Shown here one piece after another: positions 22,510 to 31,756 of a stretch of DNA of 64,000 nt. The position numbers and the translations under genes were made by a program. The DNA comes from Candidatus Collierbacteria bacterium RIFOXYD2_FULL_45_13 (GTDB lineage Bacteria; Patescibacteriota; Microgenomatia; UBA1400; MFAQ01): assembly GCA_001774685.1 (NCBI GenBank), contig MFAS01000001.1, positions 801,444 through 865,443 on the forward strand, in the 5' to 3' direction. The notes beneath the pieces were generated by a model. It was not told the DNA's origin, searched no databases, and saw only the letters and a program-made list of their open reading frames with translations. Each line of letters begins with the position of its first letter. Positions within the stretch are counted from its first letter, which is position 1.

Positions 22510-23259
22510 TCATTCTAACGAAGATAGAAACTTTTCACAATCCATAGGCAAGGGAGCTTCCACCACGACCCTCTTGCCGTTGTACGCTTCAAACCCCAAA
22601 CTTGCTGCATGAAGAAAATGATGAGATAAACATTTTCTGTCTTCTCTTCCGAATTTTCTGTTCAGGTACTTATCGTCTGCAAATATCGGCCAGCCCAAAA
22701 ACGAAAGGTGTACCCTGATCTGATGGGTTCTTCCTGTTTTAAGATCTAATTTCAACAGAGTCAAAGCGTCTTTCCAGTGTTCGTGCCCACGGAAGACATA
22801 GCGCTTGATCACTTTCCAACCCGTAACCGCCCTCTTACCTTCATAATGCACCTGCCATTTTTCCCTGTCGTACAGGCTTCTCTTCAACGGCAAAACTGTT
22901 TCACCCATATCCGGCTCTACTCGCCCGTGAACCAAAGCCAAATAACTCTTGGTTAACTTCCTCTCCTTAAAAAGCTTTAGATAATAATGAAGTGCCTCGG
23001 GACTCTTGGCTATTAGCAAACACCCGCTCGTTTCCTTATCCAGCCGATGGCACACCCCGCTCCTCCCCCAGTACAAAGTACTATCCTTATCTTGAGTTCT
23101 AGAGTTCTGGAGTTCTTGAGTTCTTTCATACCACCCCTGCTCCTCCACCCAGTCTTGAACAGTCTGGCCGGTAATAGAGTCGGCTCTGTTTACCACCAAG
23201 CCCACAGGTTTATTAATCACCAGGCTGTCCTCATCCTCATACAATATCGGAATTTCCAT
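22510..23259 (-). CDS. RluA/RluD family pseudouridine synthase
   Basis: INKPVGL, HRLDKETSG, TGRTHQIRVHL. Confidence 0.92.
   Translation of the reverse strand: MEIPILYEDEDSLVINKPVGLVVNRADSITGQTVQDWVEEQGWYERTQELQNSRTQDKDSTLYWGRSGVCHRLDKETSGCLLIAKSPEALHYYLKLFKERKLTKSYLALVHGRVEPDMGETVLPLKRSLYDREKWQVHYEGKRAVTGWKVIKRYVFRGHEHWKDALTLLKLDLKTGRTHQIRVHLSFLGWPIFADDKYLNRKFGREDRKCLSHHFLHAASLGFEAYNGKRVVVEAPLPMDCEKFLSSLE
23091..23122. repeat. Four 8-mer units (CTNGAGTT) inside the pseudouridine synthase gene
   Basis: cttgagtt ctagagtt ctggagtt cttgagtt. Confidence 0.75.
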
Positions 23260-23294
23260 TACCCTAAGTATACCCGCCCGCTCGGGTTGTTGCT

Positions 23295-23684
23295 CTAGTG
23301 TCTGCGGGTGGATACGAAAGAATATGAGGTTAAATACAATATCACCCCTGTCGAAATCATTACGTCTGAAAGATTGAACCAAAAAGGCAATCCAGGTAGA
23401 GTCAGATAGTCCCAGACGCCTCCCCAGAGTACACGAGCCAATAGGTTACCCATTCCACCTATGACCAGAAACAACACGCCTAAGTTACGTTTCGGGAGTT
23501 TAAAAACTGTCACCAGAAAAAGAACGTAGAAAACAACAGCGATTATTCGACCCAATCCAGGAACTAAACCAAACGAAACACCCGTGTTGAACTTTCCAAA
23601 CAACACCGTTTTTGACAGTAATTGTAAAAGAAAATCGAGAATTAAAACACCAATTAGAAATGGTGTCATTGTCTGTACGTTCAC
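23295..23684 (-). CDS. lspA: Lipoprotein signal peptidase II
   Basis: NTGVSFG, GGMGNL, VWDY, FNLSD. Confidence 0.8.
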   Translation of the reverse strand: MNVQTMTPFLIGVLILDFLLQLLSKTVLFGKFNTGVSFGLVPGLGRIIAVVFYVLFLVTVFKLPKRNLGVLFLVIGGMGNLLARVLWGGVWDYLTLPGLPFWFNLSDVMISTGVILYLTSYSFVSTRRH

Positions 23685-24067
23685 TACTTCTGCTTCTTTT
23701 CCATCTCCCTCTCACAGCTCATGCAATACTCCGCTGTTGGGTTTACCGCCAACCTGTCGGTGTCAATCATTTTTCCACAATTAGCGCATATTCCATACTT
23801 ACCCAATTTGATCCTGGTAAGTGTCTTGCGAATGGCAATAATTGACCTGCTTACTTGGGATCTCATGGCAAACGATCGATCATGCTCAACATTTTCCGCC
23901 ACATCGGAATCGACTGAGTTGTCATCATCCCTATTCCCAACAATATACGGATCTACTTTCTTTAGCTCCCTCTTAGTCTCAATTAGCCTTTTTTTCTCAC
24001 CTTTAAGGTAAGAAATCAACGGACGTAATACCGAGATCGGAAACTTGATTTTTTTATTTTCTTCCAT
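23684..24067 (-). CDS. DksA/TraR C4 zinc-finger protein
   Basis: YGICANCGKMIDTDRL...PTAEYCMSC. Confidence 0.88.
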   Translation of the reverse strand: MEENKKIKFPISVLRPLISYLKGEKKRLIETKRELKKVDPYIVGNRDDDNSVDSDVAENVEHDRSFAMRSQVSRSIIAIRKTLTRIKLGKYGICANCGKMIDTDRLAVNPTAEYCMSCEREMEKKQK

Positions 24068-24788
24068 GTTTCAAAATTATTTTTATATCTTCAGACGCTG
24101 TCCTGCCAGACCTAATATACACTAAAACCATTCCACCGACAAACAAGAAGGTGCTCCATAAACATACGGTCAGGTCAAAGCCTCTAAACATTAGTCTTTC
24201 TACCAGATAAAGCACACCACCAGCTGATAGAGAAAACCCAGTAATAAGGCCGGACTTTGCGGAAGTCTTGTTACTTTTGTACCAGCTATATGTCCTGTAT
24301 TTAAGCTCGGCGTCCCAACCTACCCCAAAGATTACTAAATAAATCACTCCCAGCACCCCATACTGCCAAGAATAGGTAAGCAATGATAACCCTGCATGAA
24401 AGATCGCCACGCCGGACAAGATGCCTAGAGACACAAAGTCGAACCAATCCATAGCCTTGGCTTTATATCTTCGTACTGTCAAAAATACTCCCAAATAGAC
24501 CCCGGCCATTACTCCCCACCTGTCGATACCCGGATAATTAGAAAATAAAAAAACCCTTGAAAAATGTCCCCAAAAGGTGGGTAAATTCAGGATCACAAAG
24601 GTGAGCCTGCCTACAATAAAAGCCCAAAAAGCCGACATTACTACGCCATCCAAAATGTGAAACTCCTCAAGGTGAGATTCAACCGCTTTTTTGTAAAAGA
24701 CAAAGGATCCCCAGAGAAATGAGAGTGTAGCCAGTAGGCCAAACCCATATATAGCAATATCCCCGATTCTGTAGATGGCATCATTCAT
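24054..24788 (-). CDS. lgt: Divergent Lgt-like membrane protein
   Basis: N-terminal IYGFG, IVGRLTFV, DFVSLG; synteny with lspA. Confidence 0.55.
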   Translation of the reverse strand: MNDAIYRIGDIAIYGFGLLATLSFLWGSFVFYKKAVESHLEEFHILDGVVMSAFWAFIVGRLTFVILNLPTFWGHFSRVFLFSNYPGIDRWGVMAGVYLGVFLTVRRYKAKAMDWFDFVSLGILSGVAIFHAGLSLLTYSWQYGVLGVIYLVIFGVGWDAELKYRTYSWYKSNKTSAKSGLITGFSLSAGGVLYLVERLMFRGFDLTVCLWSTFLFVGGMVLVYIRSGRTASEDIKIILKHGRK

Positions 24789-24815
24789 GGTAAATAGAGT
24801 ATACTAAAAAAACAC

Positions 24816-25262
24816 ATGCTTTCGATCGCTCATGGATTAACCGGTGCCCTTATAGCTTCCAAGATACCCAATCCGATTCTTAGCATACCTCTAGTCTTAG
24901 CCTCACATTTCCTCGAAGATCGGGTTCCTCACTGGGACGTAGGTCAAGGGTTATCCAGTCAAAAAAAAAGTAAGCAGACCGCTTTTTTTCAAGAGCTGTT
25001 CTTCGACTTTCCTATCTCGATCCTTATCGTTTATTTGTTTTTTCAAATGGGACGTCCTTTTGATTGGCGACCATGGCTTGGTTGGTTTATCGGGCTGCTT
25101 CCTGACTTTATCGAGTTCCCCTATCTTTTTCTAAACCATCGCGGCTCTATGATCAAAAAGTTTGCTACTTTTCATACTTGGTGTCATCGGTCAACCCCCG
25201 ATCGGTTTTGGGGCATTCTCCCCCAAGTTCTGATTCTGCTACTCGTCCTCCTTCTAAAATAA
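24816..25262 (+). CDS. Membrane-bound metal-dependent hydrolase-like protein
   Basis: AHGLTG, SHFLEDRVPHWD, LLPD, FHTWCH. Confidence 0.6.
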   Translation: MLSIAHGLTGALIASKIPNPILSIPLVLASHFLEDRVPHWDVGQGLSSQKKSKQTAFFQELFFDFPISILIVYLFFQMGRPFDWRPWLGWFIGLLPDFIEFPYLFLNHRGSMIKKFATFHTWCHRSTPDRFWGILPQVLILLLVLLLK

Positions 25263-25320
25263 CCAGCTTCGGAAAAAGGGGCTATAATCTGGACATCTTG
25301 CACCTTAAAGGAGAAACGAG

Positions 25321-25659
25321 ATGGATCTTTACCTTGTCTTTAAAAATGATAAGCACCAATTCTTAACCGATCCGGCTCCCGAACAGATGGAAGGCGCAGA
25401 AGTTCTCGCCCGCAGATTGAATCTGTCATTGGGCTGCCTGGAACGCGCAAAATTCTTGTTACTGGAAGTCGCGGCCTTTGACATGTTCAAACGGAGTTTG
25501 GAAAAAATGCTTCCCGATCGGCCAGTCTTCTTTTTCCAAATGGCCAAAGAATTTGACTCTCAGGTACCACCGGCCTTTTTGATCAACTGGCGCGCGATGG
25601 CGGAGTTTGGTCTTCGAGTACTCCAAAATCACTACCAACAGCTACCCACCCTGGCCTAA
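25321..25659 (+). CDS. Hypothetical protein (accessory unit)
   Basis: TATAAT 25283, TGCACCTTAAA 25299, AAGGAG, terminator 25681-25704. Confidence 0.7.
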   Translation: MDLYLVFKNDKHQFLTDPAPEQMEGAEVLARRLNLSLGCLERAKFLLLEVAAFDMFKRSLEKMLPDRPVFFFQMAKEFDSQVPPAFLINWRAMAEFGLRVLQNHYQQLPTLA

Positions 25660-25705
25660 TCCTGATTTGTTATCATCGCACCCTGCTTATTTGGCGGGGT
25701 TTTTC

Positions 25706-26266
25706 TTAATTCGCCCGTCCGGTATACTCTCCCGTTTCTGTGTTAATCTTTATTGAGTCTCCAGGGTTGATAAAAAGGGGCACCATGACCGTCAAGCCGG
25801 ATGCTGTCTTGGCAGGTTTCAAAACATTACTGACGGTATTTCCTCTGGCACCCGGGTCACTCTCTGTGATTTTCATAATCACCGAAGAAGGAACCTCCAC
25901 GCCTAAAATTTTCTCATCCCAAAATAGCACCCAAGCTTTTTCTCCTTCCACCAAGTAACTGACATCATCCCCCAGTACTTTCAGCGGGATCTCGAACTGG
26001 TCAAAGGATACCGGGTCCATAAAATAGCCTTTCTCGTCATCCTTATACAAGTACTGCAAGTGTTTCTTGTCCAGCAGAATATCCTCCACCATATTACCGG
26101 AGATAAAACCCTTAGTTACAATTGTCCCATTAAAAAGGTTTTTAGCCTTTACTTTGATCGTGGCGTTCCCCCTCCCCATCTTGGTAAAGTCGTATTTCAT
26201 CACCCTGAATGGCTGTCCTTCTTCAGTAAAAGTCACGCCTACTTTAAGCTTGTTTACATCTATCAT
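25706..26266 (-). CDS. efp: Elongation factor P
   Basis: KMGRGNA loop, YLYKD, VPLFI, TGEYTGR. Confidence 0.95.
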   Translation of the reverse strand: MIDVNKLKVGVTFTEEGQPFRVMKYDFTKMGRGNATIKVKAKNLFNGTIVTKGFISGNMVEDILLDKKHLQYLYKDDEKGYFMDPVSFDQFEIPLKVLGDDVSYLVEGEKAWVLFWDEKILGVEVPSSVIMKITESDPGARGNTVSNVLKPAKTASGLTVMVPLFINPGDSIKINTETGEYTGRAN

Positions 26267-26372
26267 GCCTATATTTTACGCCTCAGAGGCCACTCCAAGC
26301 AACCCCAGATTGACAAAACCAGCCTCGTATGATAATATAGGCCATCTCTGTACAATCTGAAAAGGAGCTAGA

Positions 26373-26558
26373 ATGAACTCTGAAACCCGCGGTAAGCTAG
26401 CAATTGTCGTAGGCGTGATCATGATCATCGCCATCCTCGGCTTTGTCTTCTTCGGTGGTCCGATCGCCTCTCTGGGAGCCGGTCTCTCGCTCGCCATAGG
26501 CGGAATGATCGTCTTCGGCCTGGTGGCTTTCCACGTCGACCCAGACGACCATCACTAA
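26373..26558 (+). CDS. Small 2-TM protein
   Basis: TTGACA 26310, AAGGAG SD, terminator AACCCGTC-AAAA-GGCGGGTT 26576-26600. Confidence 0.7.
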   Translation: MNSETRGKLAIVVGVIMIIAILGFVFFGGPIASLGAGLSLAIGGMIVFGLVAFHVDPDDHH

Positions 26559-26663
26559 ATGCCTCGATCCACACGAACCCGTCAAAAGGCGGGTTCTTTT
26601 AGCTCTCACGTATTTGATACAATATGGGTTATAGCCTCAGTAAGCACGCTAAAAAGGAGACAT

Positions 26664-26819
26664 ATGGTTACCATCGCACTGCTCGTCGTCTTTCTACTTA
26701 TCGCGAGTAAGGGATTCACTTTTGGTTGGGCCCTTTACTTAGTTGGCATGGTTATTCTTGCCACAGTCCTTCTCAGAATTCACCTGTACTTCGCGAACAA
26801 GAATCTTCACTCACAGTGA
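26664..26819 (+). CDS. Small 2-TM protein
   Basis: TGATACAAT, AGCACGCTAAAA, AAGGAG, terminator AACCCGCT-AATT-GGCGGGTTTTT 26828-26850. Confidence 0.65.
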   Translation: MVTIALLVVFLLIASKGFTFGWALYLVGMVILATVLLRIHLYFANKNLHSQ

Positions 26820-26882
26820 TCCAACCGAACCCGCTAATTGGCGGGTTTTTCATTGGTCTGGGTATAGTAAAATATCTCTATT

Positions 26883-26965
26883 GCCGGGATGGCGGAATGG
26901 TATACGCTCAGGTCTCAAAAACCTGTGGTCGCAAGGCCGTGAGGGTTCGATCCCCTCTCCCGGCA
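26883..26965 (+). tRNA. tRNA-Leu(CAA)
   Basis: Acceptor GCCGGGA/TCCCGGC, anticodon arm CAGGT-CTCAAAA-ACCTG, long variable arm, GTTCGAT T-loop; CCA not encoded. Confidence 0.95.
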
Positions 26966-27107
26966 CATTGAAAAATGCGCGCCTCGTGTGCGCTTTTTTT
27001 AATGTCAAGATGGGGATCGAACACGCCGGAACCAGTTTCGTAACGAACCTGGTGAGGCAGGCCTTGAGGCACCGAAGGTGACCGAAAGCGATCCCCTCTC
27101 CCGGCAC
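26966..27107 (+). repeat. Structured element ending in a 19 bp duplication of the tRNA 3' end
   Basis: CGATCCCCTCTCCCGGCAC at 26948-26966 and 27089-27107; GGGGATCGAAC 27012-27022 is complementary to the T-arm. Confidence 0.8.
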
Positions 27108-27272
27108 TAAACAAATATCCTCCACTCGCGGGGAGATATTTTGTTTTGACAATCAGAGGCTATTCAGTCAAGTAAATTCTCGCAAGACGCTCATGAGGGC
27201 GTCTTTTTCTTGACATATGGAGCCCTATAATCTACAATTCACCGAGTACGCAATTTGAAAAAAGGAGAAACC

Positions 27273-27641
27273 GTGAAGCTTAAAACCTTTTCGCTTGCTG
27301 TTATCGCGCTGATTCTGCTCGCAATGATCTTCCTATATTTCAACCAGCCGGCCGACATTTCACCCCTACCCATGTTCGTTGCTGGTGGCTTCGGTATTGC
27401 CCTCTATGCCTGGCTCTATCTGTTCTCAGTAGCAGATTTTGAATACGTCAAGATTCATTACAAAAAATATCTGATGGTACATCTGATGGAAGATCAGAGT
27501 TTCACCCCAGACCCCAAGCTCAAAATGCCTTCAAAACGCTTTTTTGGACGCTGGACGGTCTACTATGACGCGGCCCAAGAAATCGGTTATTGGCAAGACC
27601 ATCCGCTTTTCGGAGGCAAGTGGTACATCATGTATCACTAA
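27273..27641 (+). CDS. Hypothetical membrane protein (accessory unit)
   Basis: TTGACA 27210, 17 nt, TACAAT; CGCAATTTGAAA; AAGGAG-GTG; terminator AGACCCC-GCAA-GGGGTCT 27649-27670. Confidence 0.7.
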   Translation: MKLKTFSLAVIALILLAMIFLYFNQPADISPLPMFVAGGFGIALYAWLYLFSVADFEYVKIHYKKYLMVHLMEDQSFTPDPKLKMPSKRFFGRWTVYYDAAQEIGYWQDHPLFGGKWYIMYH

Positions 27642-27668
27642 TACTCCCAGACCCCGCAAGGGGTCTTT

Positions 27669-28454
27669 TTATTGTTTCACTCCACCAACCACATCCCTGA
27701 CCTTTATAATTTCATTTTTTCTAAACCCAAAGTCCGACCACGTTACAGCACCATCCGGAGCTTGGAAATTTGACTCTGCTAGATCCAGCCACTTCACAAT
27801 TGCATCCCGATACTCTTCCAACAGTCCCATATCTATAAGGGCTCTGCACAAATTGATGTACACACCGGACCTCCAAACAGCCCAAGTCGTAAAATCCCGG
27901 GCCTTTAGCTCTGCTCCTTCAGCGGTTGATTCATAATCGTCATAGAGTTTCTCGGCCGCCGCGACCGCAGCCTTTGTGTCTCCCAATCTCAGATCATCCA
28001 GGATCAGAAAACCACGATATTCAAAAGCAAGAGCCCGATTCTCACCAAACTTTGGGTCGAGAGCTACTTCAGCGATTGCCTTTTTGTAGTAATCAGCCGC
28101 CTCCTGATATTTTTTTTCATAGTCCGCCACCCGACCCAAAAATCTATGTATTCTGGATTCCCATTCCACCATCTTGTTCTTAGCCACATAGTCTCCGGCC
28201 ATTTCCACCGCCCTTTTCATATTTGCCAAAGCTTCCGGTTCGGCCTTTTCCATATACGAATGCTGATGTATCAGAGACTCCTCAAGATATAGCTGAACCA
28301 CCTCATCCGGCATCCCTCTATCCAGAGCGTACTCCCTCAACACCCTGATATCCTCCAAGGCCTCCTCCTGCTTCTGCGTATCTTCCCTCAACCTGGCCGT
28401 CTCCACCTTCAGACTCTCAAAATTCTCTGTTGTTATTTTGTCTTTAGTCAGCAT
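27669..28454 (-). CDS. TPR-like helical protein
   Basis: HRFLGRVADYEKKYQEAADYYKKAI. Confidence 0.65.
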   Translation of the reverse strand: MLTKDKITTENFESLKVETARLREDTQKQEEALEDIRVLREYALDRGMPDEVVQLYLEESLIHQHSYMEKAEPEALANMKRAVEMAGDYVAKNKMVEWESRIHRFLGRVADYEKKYQEAADYYKKAIAEVALDPKFGENRALAFEYRGFLILDDLRLGDTKAAVAAAEKLYDDYESTAEGAELKARDFTTWAVWRSGVYINLCRALIDMGLLEEYRDAIVKWLDLAESNFQAPDGAVTWSDFGFRKNEIIKVRDVVGGVKQ

Positions 28455-28482
28455 ACTGTATATTTTATCACCGGCCTAACTT

Positions 28483-29076
28483 TCACCCCAACCTCTGCTC
28501 CACCTTATCCCAGTTAATTACCTCCCAAAATGCTTTGACATAATCAGCTCGTTTATTCTTGTATTTTAAATAGTACGCATGCTCCCAAACATCGATAGCC
28601 AAAAGTGGCTTAAACCCGTCAACCATCGGATTGTCCTGGTTAGCAGTCGACAATACTTCTAGAACCCCATCTTTATTTTGCACCAGCCATCCCCAACCGC
28701 TTCCAAATCTACCCAAAGCGGTCGCCTCAAAAATCTTCATAAACTCATCTACAGTCTCAAAAGATTTCTCCAGTTCTTTCATGAGCGATTCCCCGATATG
28801 ACCAATGCCCGGTGTCGTCAACTCCTCCCAAAAAAAATCATGATTCCACACACCACCGGCGTTATTTTTCACCACTGGTAATTCGGAAAAAAACAGTTCG
28901 GTTAATGTCTTTACCTGAAGGGGTTCGTTTTCTGCCAAGGCTTTGTTCAAATTGTCAACGTAAGCCTGATGATGCTTATCGTGGTGTATCGTCATTGTCT
29001 CTTTGTCAATCACCGGCTCTAGAGCATCATAAGCATAAGGTAAGGGATCTAACAAGTAAGGATAGGTTTTTATCAT
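28483..29076 (-). CDS. sodA: Fe/Mn superoxide dismutase
   Basis: HHDKHHQAYV, NHDFFW, FGSGWGWL, DVWEHAYY. Confidence 0.93.
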   Translation of the reverse strand: MIKTYPYLLDPLPYAYDALEPVIDKETMTIHHDKHHQAYVDNLNKALAENEPLQVKTLTELFFSELPVVKNNAGGVWNHDFFWEELTTPGIGHIGESLMKELEKSFETVDEFMKIFEATALGRFGSGWGWLVQNKDGVLEVLSTANQDNPMVDGFKPLLAIDVWEHAYYLKYKNKRADYVKAFWEVINWDKVEQRLG

Positions 29077-29095
29077 AATTAAATATAGCAGGTGT

Positions 29096-30415
29096 CTACT
29101 TCTGGTGTCCCCGATCCACGCCATAAAACTTAACCCGATCTCCTCTGAACTTCAGATCGATAGACCCAAGTCCCCCGTTTCGGTGTTTAGCGATTGAAAG
29201 TTTCATGTCCTCCAAATTATTATCGTCAGTCCGGTACATAAACATCACCACATCGGCATCTTGCTCAATGCTTCCTGACTCACGCAGATCGGCCAGCTGG
29301 GGAATCTTTTCGGTTCGGCTTTCTATTCCCCGATTTAACTGAGATAAAGCCAGTACGGGAATCTTCAGCTCACGGGCCAAGTTTTTAAGACCCTGAGAGA
29401 TGGCACCCACTTCTTGAACGCGACTTTCGTAGCTTTTGTCCCCAACCACAAGCTGTAAATAATCAACTACCAATAGTTTCAAACCAACCTGAGAGTGTAA
29501 CTTTCTTGCTTTGGTACGGAGCTCCAAAATTGATTGTCCTGGGGTGTCATCAATATATAGAGGACAATCGGCCAAGACTCCCATGGCTTCCGAAAGACGA
29601 GCAAAGTCGTCTTCCTTGAGATTACCCGTTTTTAGTTTCCAGGCATCGATATTGGCCTGGCCCACCAGCATACGGTCGACCATTTCCAGATTACTCATTT
29701 CCAGAGCAAAATAACCGACAGGCATTTTTCTCTCTACTGCGGCGAATTGTGCGATATTGGTTGCTAGAGTTGTTTTTCCTATACCCGGACGAGCCGCCAA
29801 GATAATTAAGTTGCTATCCTGCATGCCGGCAAGCATATTGTCGAGATCCGAAAATCCGGTGGGCACACCTCTCAACCCGTCAGGAGAGTTGTGCAATGAG
29901 TCCAAACGGTCAAAGCTTTCGGCCAAGGCATCCTTAATCGGCACAAAAGACTTTCGCACGTGGCTTTGAGACAAAGCATATATCGATTGCTCGGCTTTAT
30001 CCAGGATCTCCCCAAGAGGTTTCCCTTCATCAAACCCCATCTCCCCCATCTGAGCTCCCGCCGAAATTAATAATCTTTTGATATGACAATCTCTAACAAT
30101 CTGAGCATACTTTTGAACATGAGAGGCTACCGGCACCTCGTTTGACAGCTCAGACAAATACGCTCTACCCCCGACTCTATCCAAAAGCTTGTTCTTTTTC
30201 AGCCAATCTGAAACCGTCAGAACGTCAATAGGGTCTCGGTTTTCATACAAGGTCACCATCGCTTCAAAAATCTTGCCGTTGTTGTCGTTGTAAAACATCT
30301 CCGGTTGCAAAACAACCGCGATATCAACAATGGCGTCCTTATCAATTAAAACCGATCCGAGTATTGATTTTTCTGCTTCATCCGCATGAGGTGGGAGCCT
30401 AAGAATAGAACTCAT
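29096..30415 (-). CDS. dnaB: Replicative DNA helicase
   Basis: AARPGIGKT, VDYLQL, LSQLNR, DLRESGSIEQDAD, KHRNG. Confidence 0.97.
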   Translation of the reverse strand: MSSILRLPPHADEAEKSILGSVLIDKDAIVDIAVVLQPEMFYNDNNGKIFEAMVTLYENRDPIDVLTVSDWLKKNKLLDRVGGRAYLSELSNEVPVASHVQKYAQIVRDCHIKRLLISAGAQMGEMGFDEGKPLGEILDKAEQSIYALSQSHVRKSFVPIKDALAESFDRLDSLHNSPDGLRGVPTGFSDLDNMLAGMQDSNLIILAARPGIGKTTLATNIAQFAAVERKMPVGYFALEMSNLEMVDRMLVGQANIDAWKLKTGNLKEDDFARLSEAMGVLADCPLYIDDTPGQSILELRTKARKLHSQVGLKLLVVDYLQLVVGDKSYESRVQEVGAISQGLKNLARELKIPVLALSQLNRGIESRTEKIPQLADLRESGSIEQDADVVMFMYRTDDNNLEDMKLSIAKHRNGGLGSIDLKFRGDRVKFYGVDRGHQK

Positions 30416-30566
30416 TTCCGGATCTCCTTTCGTAACGAAAGCATGTGTTTTCGAGCGAAAAGCTTGAAGCGCGACGAAGGTGTAATACAAAGGAATTACA
30501 TCTAGAAGCGCTGAGGGCTTTGCAGCCGAAAAGACGTGGTTGCAGCAGAATGGAGATTCGGAAGTG
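30413..30566. repeat. About 150 nt imperfect palindromic element overlapping the dnaB start
   Basis: CATTTCCGGATCTCC pairs with GGAGATTCGGAAGTG; inner arms AGGTGTAAT/ATTACATCT and others. Confidence 0.7.
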
Positions 30567-30570
30567 GGTT

Positions 30571-31230
30571 CTAACCATTCATTAATAAAATTTGGGTGTC
30601 GTCGGGCAGACTACCTTCGTCTAATTTAATTTTGTGTACCGATTCTCCTGACACCGGAAATTTGTTTTTTTCCAAAAAACTCTCCAAAGTAGTCAACTCC
30701 TGAGTCTTGGAAGCACTTGTCCTGAAGTGCATCGGAATGGCATATGAAGGCTGGATTTCTTTGATCATCTCCATGGCTTCATTGGCATCCAACGTAAAGG
30801 TCCCACCCACCGGAACCATTAAGGTATCCACCGACCCCACCTTCTCGATCTGAGACTCTGAAAGTTTATGACAGATATCCCCCAGATGAAGAATGTGTAA
30901 ACCATCCATCACAATAAACATAATTAGATTTTTTCCTCGTTCAGTGCCATTGTTTTTATCATGAAATGTTTTCATCGCCGATATCTGCACTCCCGCGATT
31001 TCGTACTCCCCTTCTCTATCTATTACAAATGTCTCTTTTCTGCTTATTGGACCCGTGATTACTTCGACCGCGCTGTGATCATCATGAGAGTGGGAGATGG
31101 TTACCACATCGGCCACGTCCTTCGCCAACGGCATACCCACCATATCACTCTTAAACGGATCGAGGTAAACTACCAGTCCCTCTTTACTTTTTAACTTAAA
31201 ACATGAGTGTCCCAAATAGGTAATTTCCAT
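30571..31230 (-). CDS. MBL-fold metallo-hydrolase
   Basis: LGHSCF, SHSHDDH, HLGD, PVGG, PMHF. Confidence 0.88.
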   Translation of the reverse strand: MEITYLGHSCFKLKSKEGLVVYLDPFKSDMVGMPLAKDVADVVTISHSHDDHSAVEVITGPISRKETFVIDREGEYEIAGVQISAMKTFHDKNNGTERGKNLIMFIVMDGLHILHLGDICHKLSESQIEKVGSVDTLMVPVGGTFTLDANEAMEMIKEIQPSYAIPMHFRTSASKTQELTTLESFLEKNKFPVSGESVHKIKLDEGSLPDDTQILLMNG

Positions 31231-31333
31231 GAAACAATATTACCACAGACAACGTCCAAGTCTTTTATCCCCCAACTGACATCTGAGAACTGAGGCCTGA
31301 TATCTTAATATAAGGGTATATAATCGAGGAGCA

Positions 31334-31756
31334 ATGCGTAAAGAAGTACTATTTGCCATCATTTTTGGAATAATTCTGGGAGGAGTCATTCTTTATGGTA
31401 TGAATTTAGCCAATAAATCTGTCACCAGTCTTAAAGAAGAAATTGTTCAAAACTCCCCAGCCACACCCACACCCACCCCAACCAACAATCTTCTTTTTAT
31501 TGTCAGTCCTCAAAATCATTCGGTTACCTCCGACAAAACCATTACCCTAACCGGTAGAGCTACTCCGGCGGCAAACCTGGCTGTTGTTTCCGAAACGGAC
31601 GACCTGATTCTCAAAGCCAGTCCCGAAGGAACCTTCTCCGCTCAAATTAATTTAATTGGTGGAGAAAACACCATTGCCGTCACCGAATTAAAAAGCGATA
31701 ACACAACTATTACCGAAGCCATTACTATCATTCAAACAATTAACCTCCCCGAATGA
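31334..31756 (+). CDS. Membrane-anchored Ig-like domain protein
   Basis: N-terminal TM, PTPTP linker, G.N.I.V beta pattern. Confidence 0.7.
   Translation: MRKEVLFAIIFGIILGGVILYGMNLANKSVTSLKEEIVQNSPATPTPTPTNNLLFIVSPQNHSVTSDKTITLTGRATPAANLAVVSETDDLILKASPEGTFSAQINLIGGENTIAVTELKSDNTTITEAITIIQTINLPE

Noticed and set aside
26559-27152. ORFs spanning the tRNA
   Set aside because: Shadow frames of tRNA-Leu and its flanking element.
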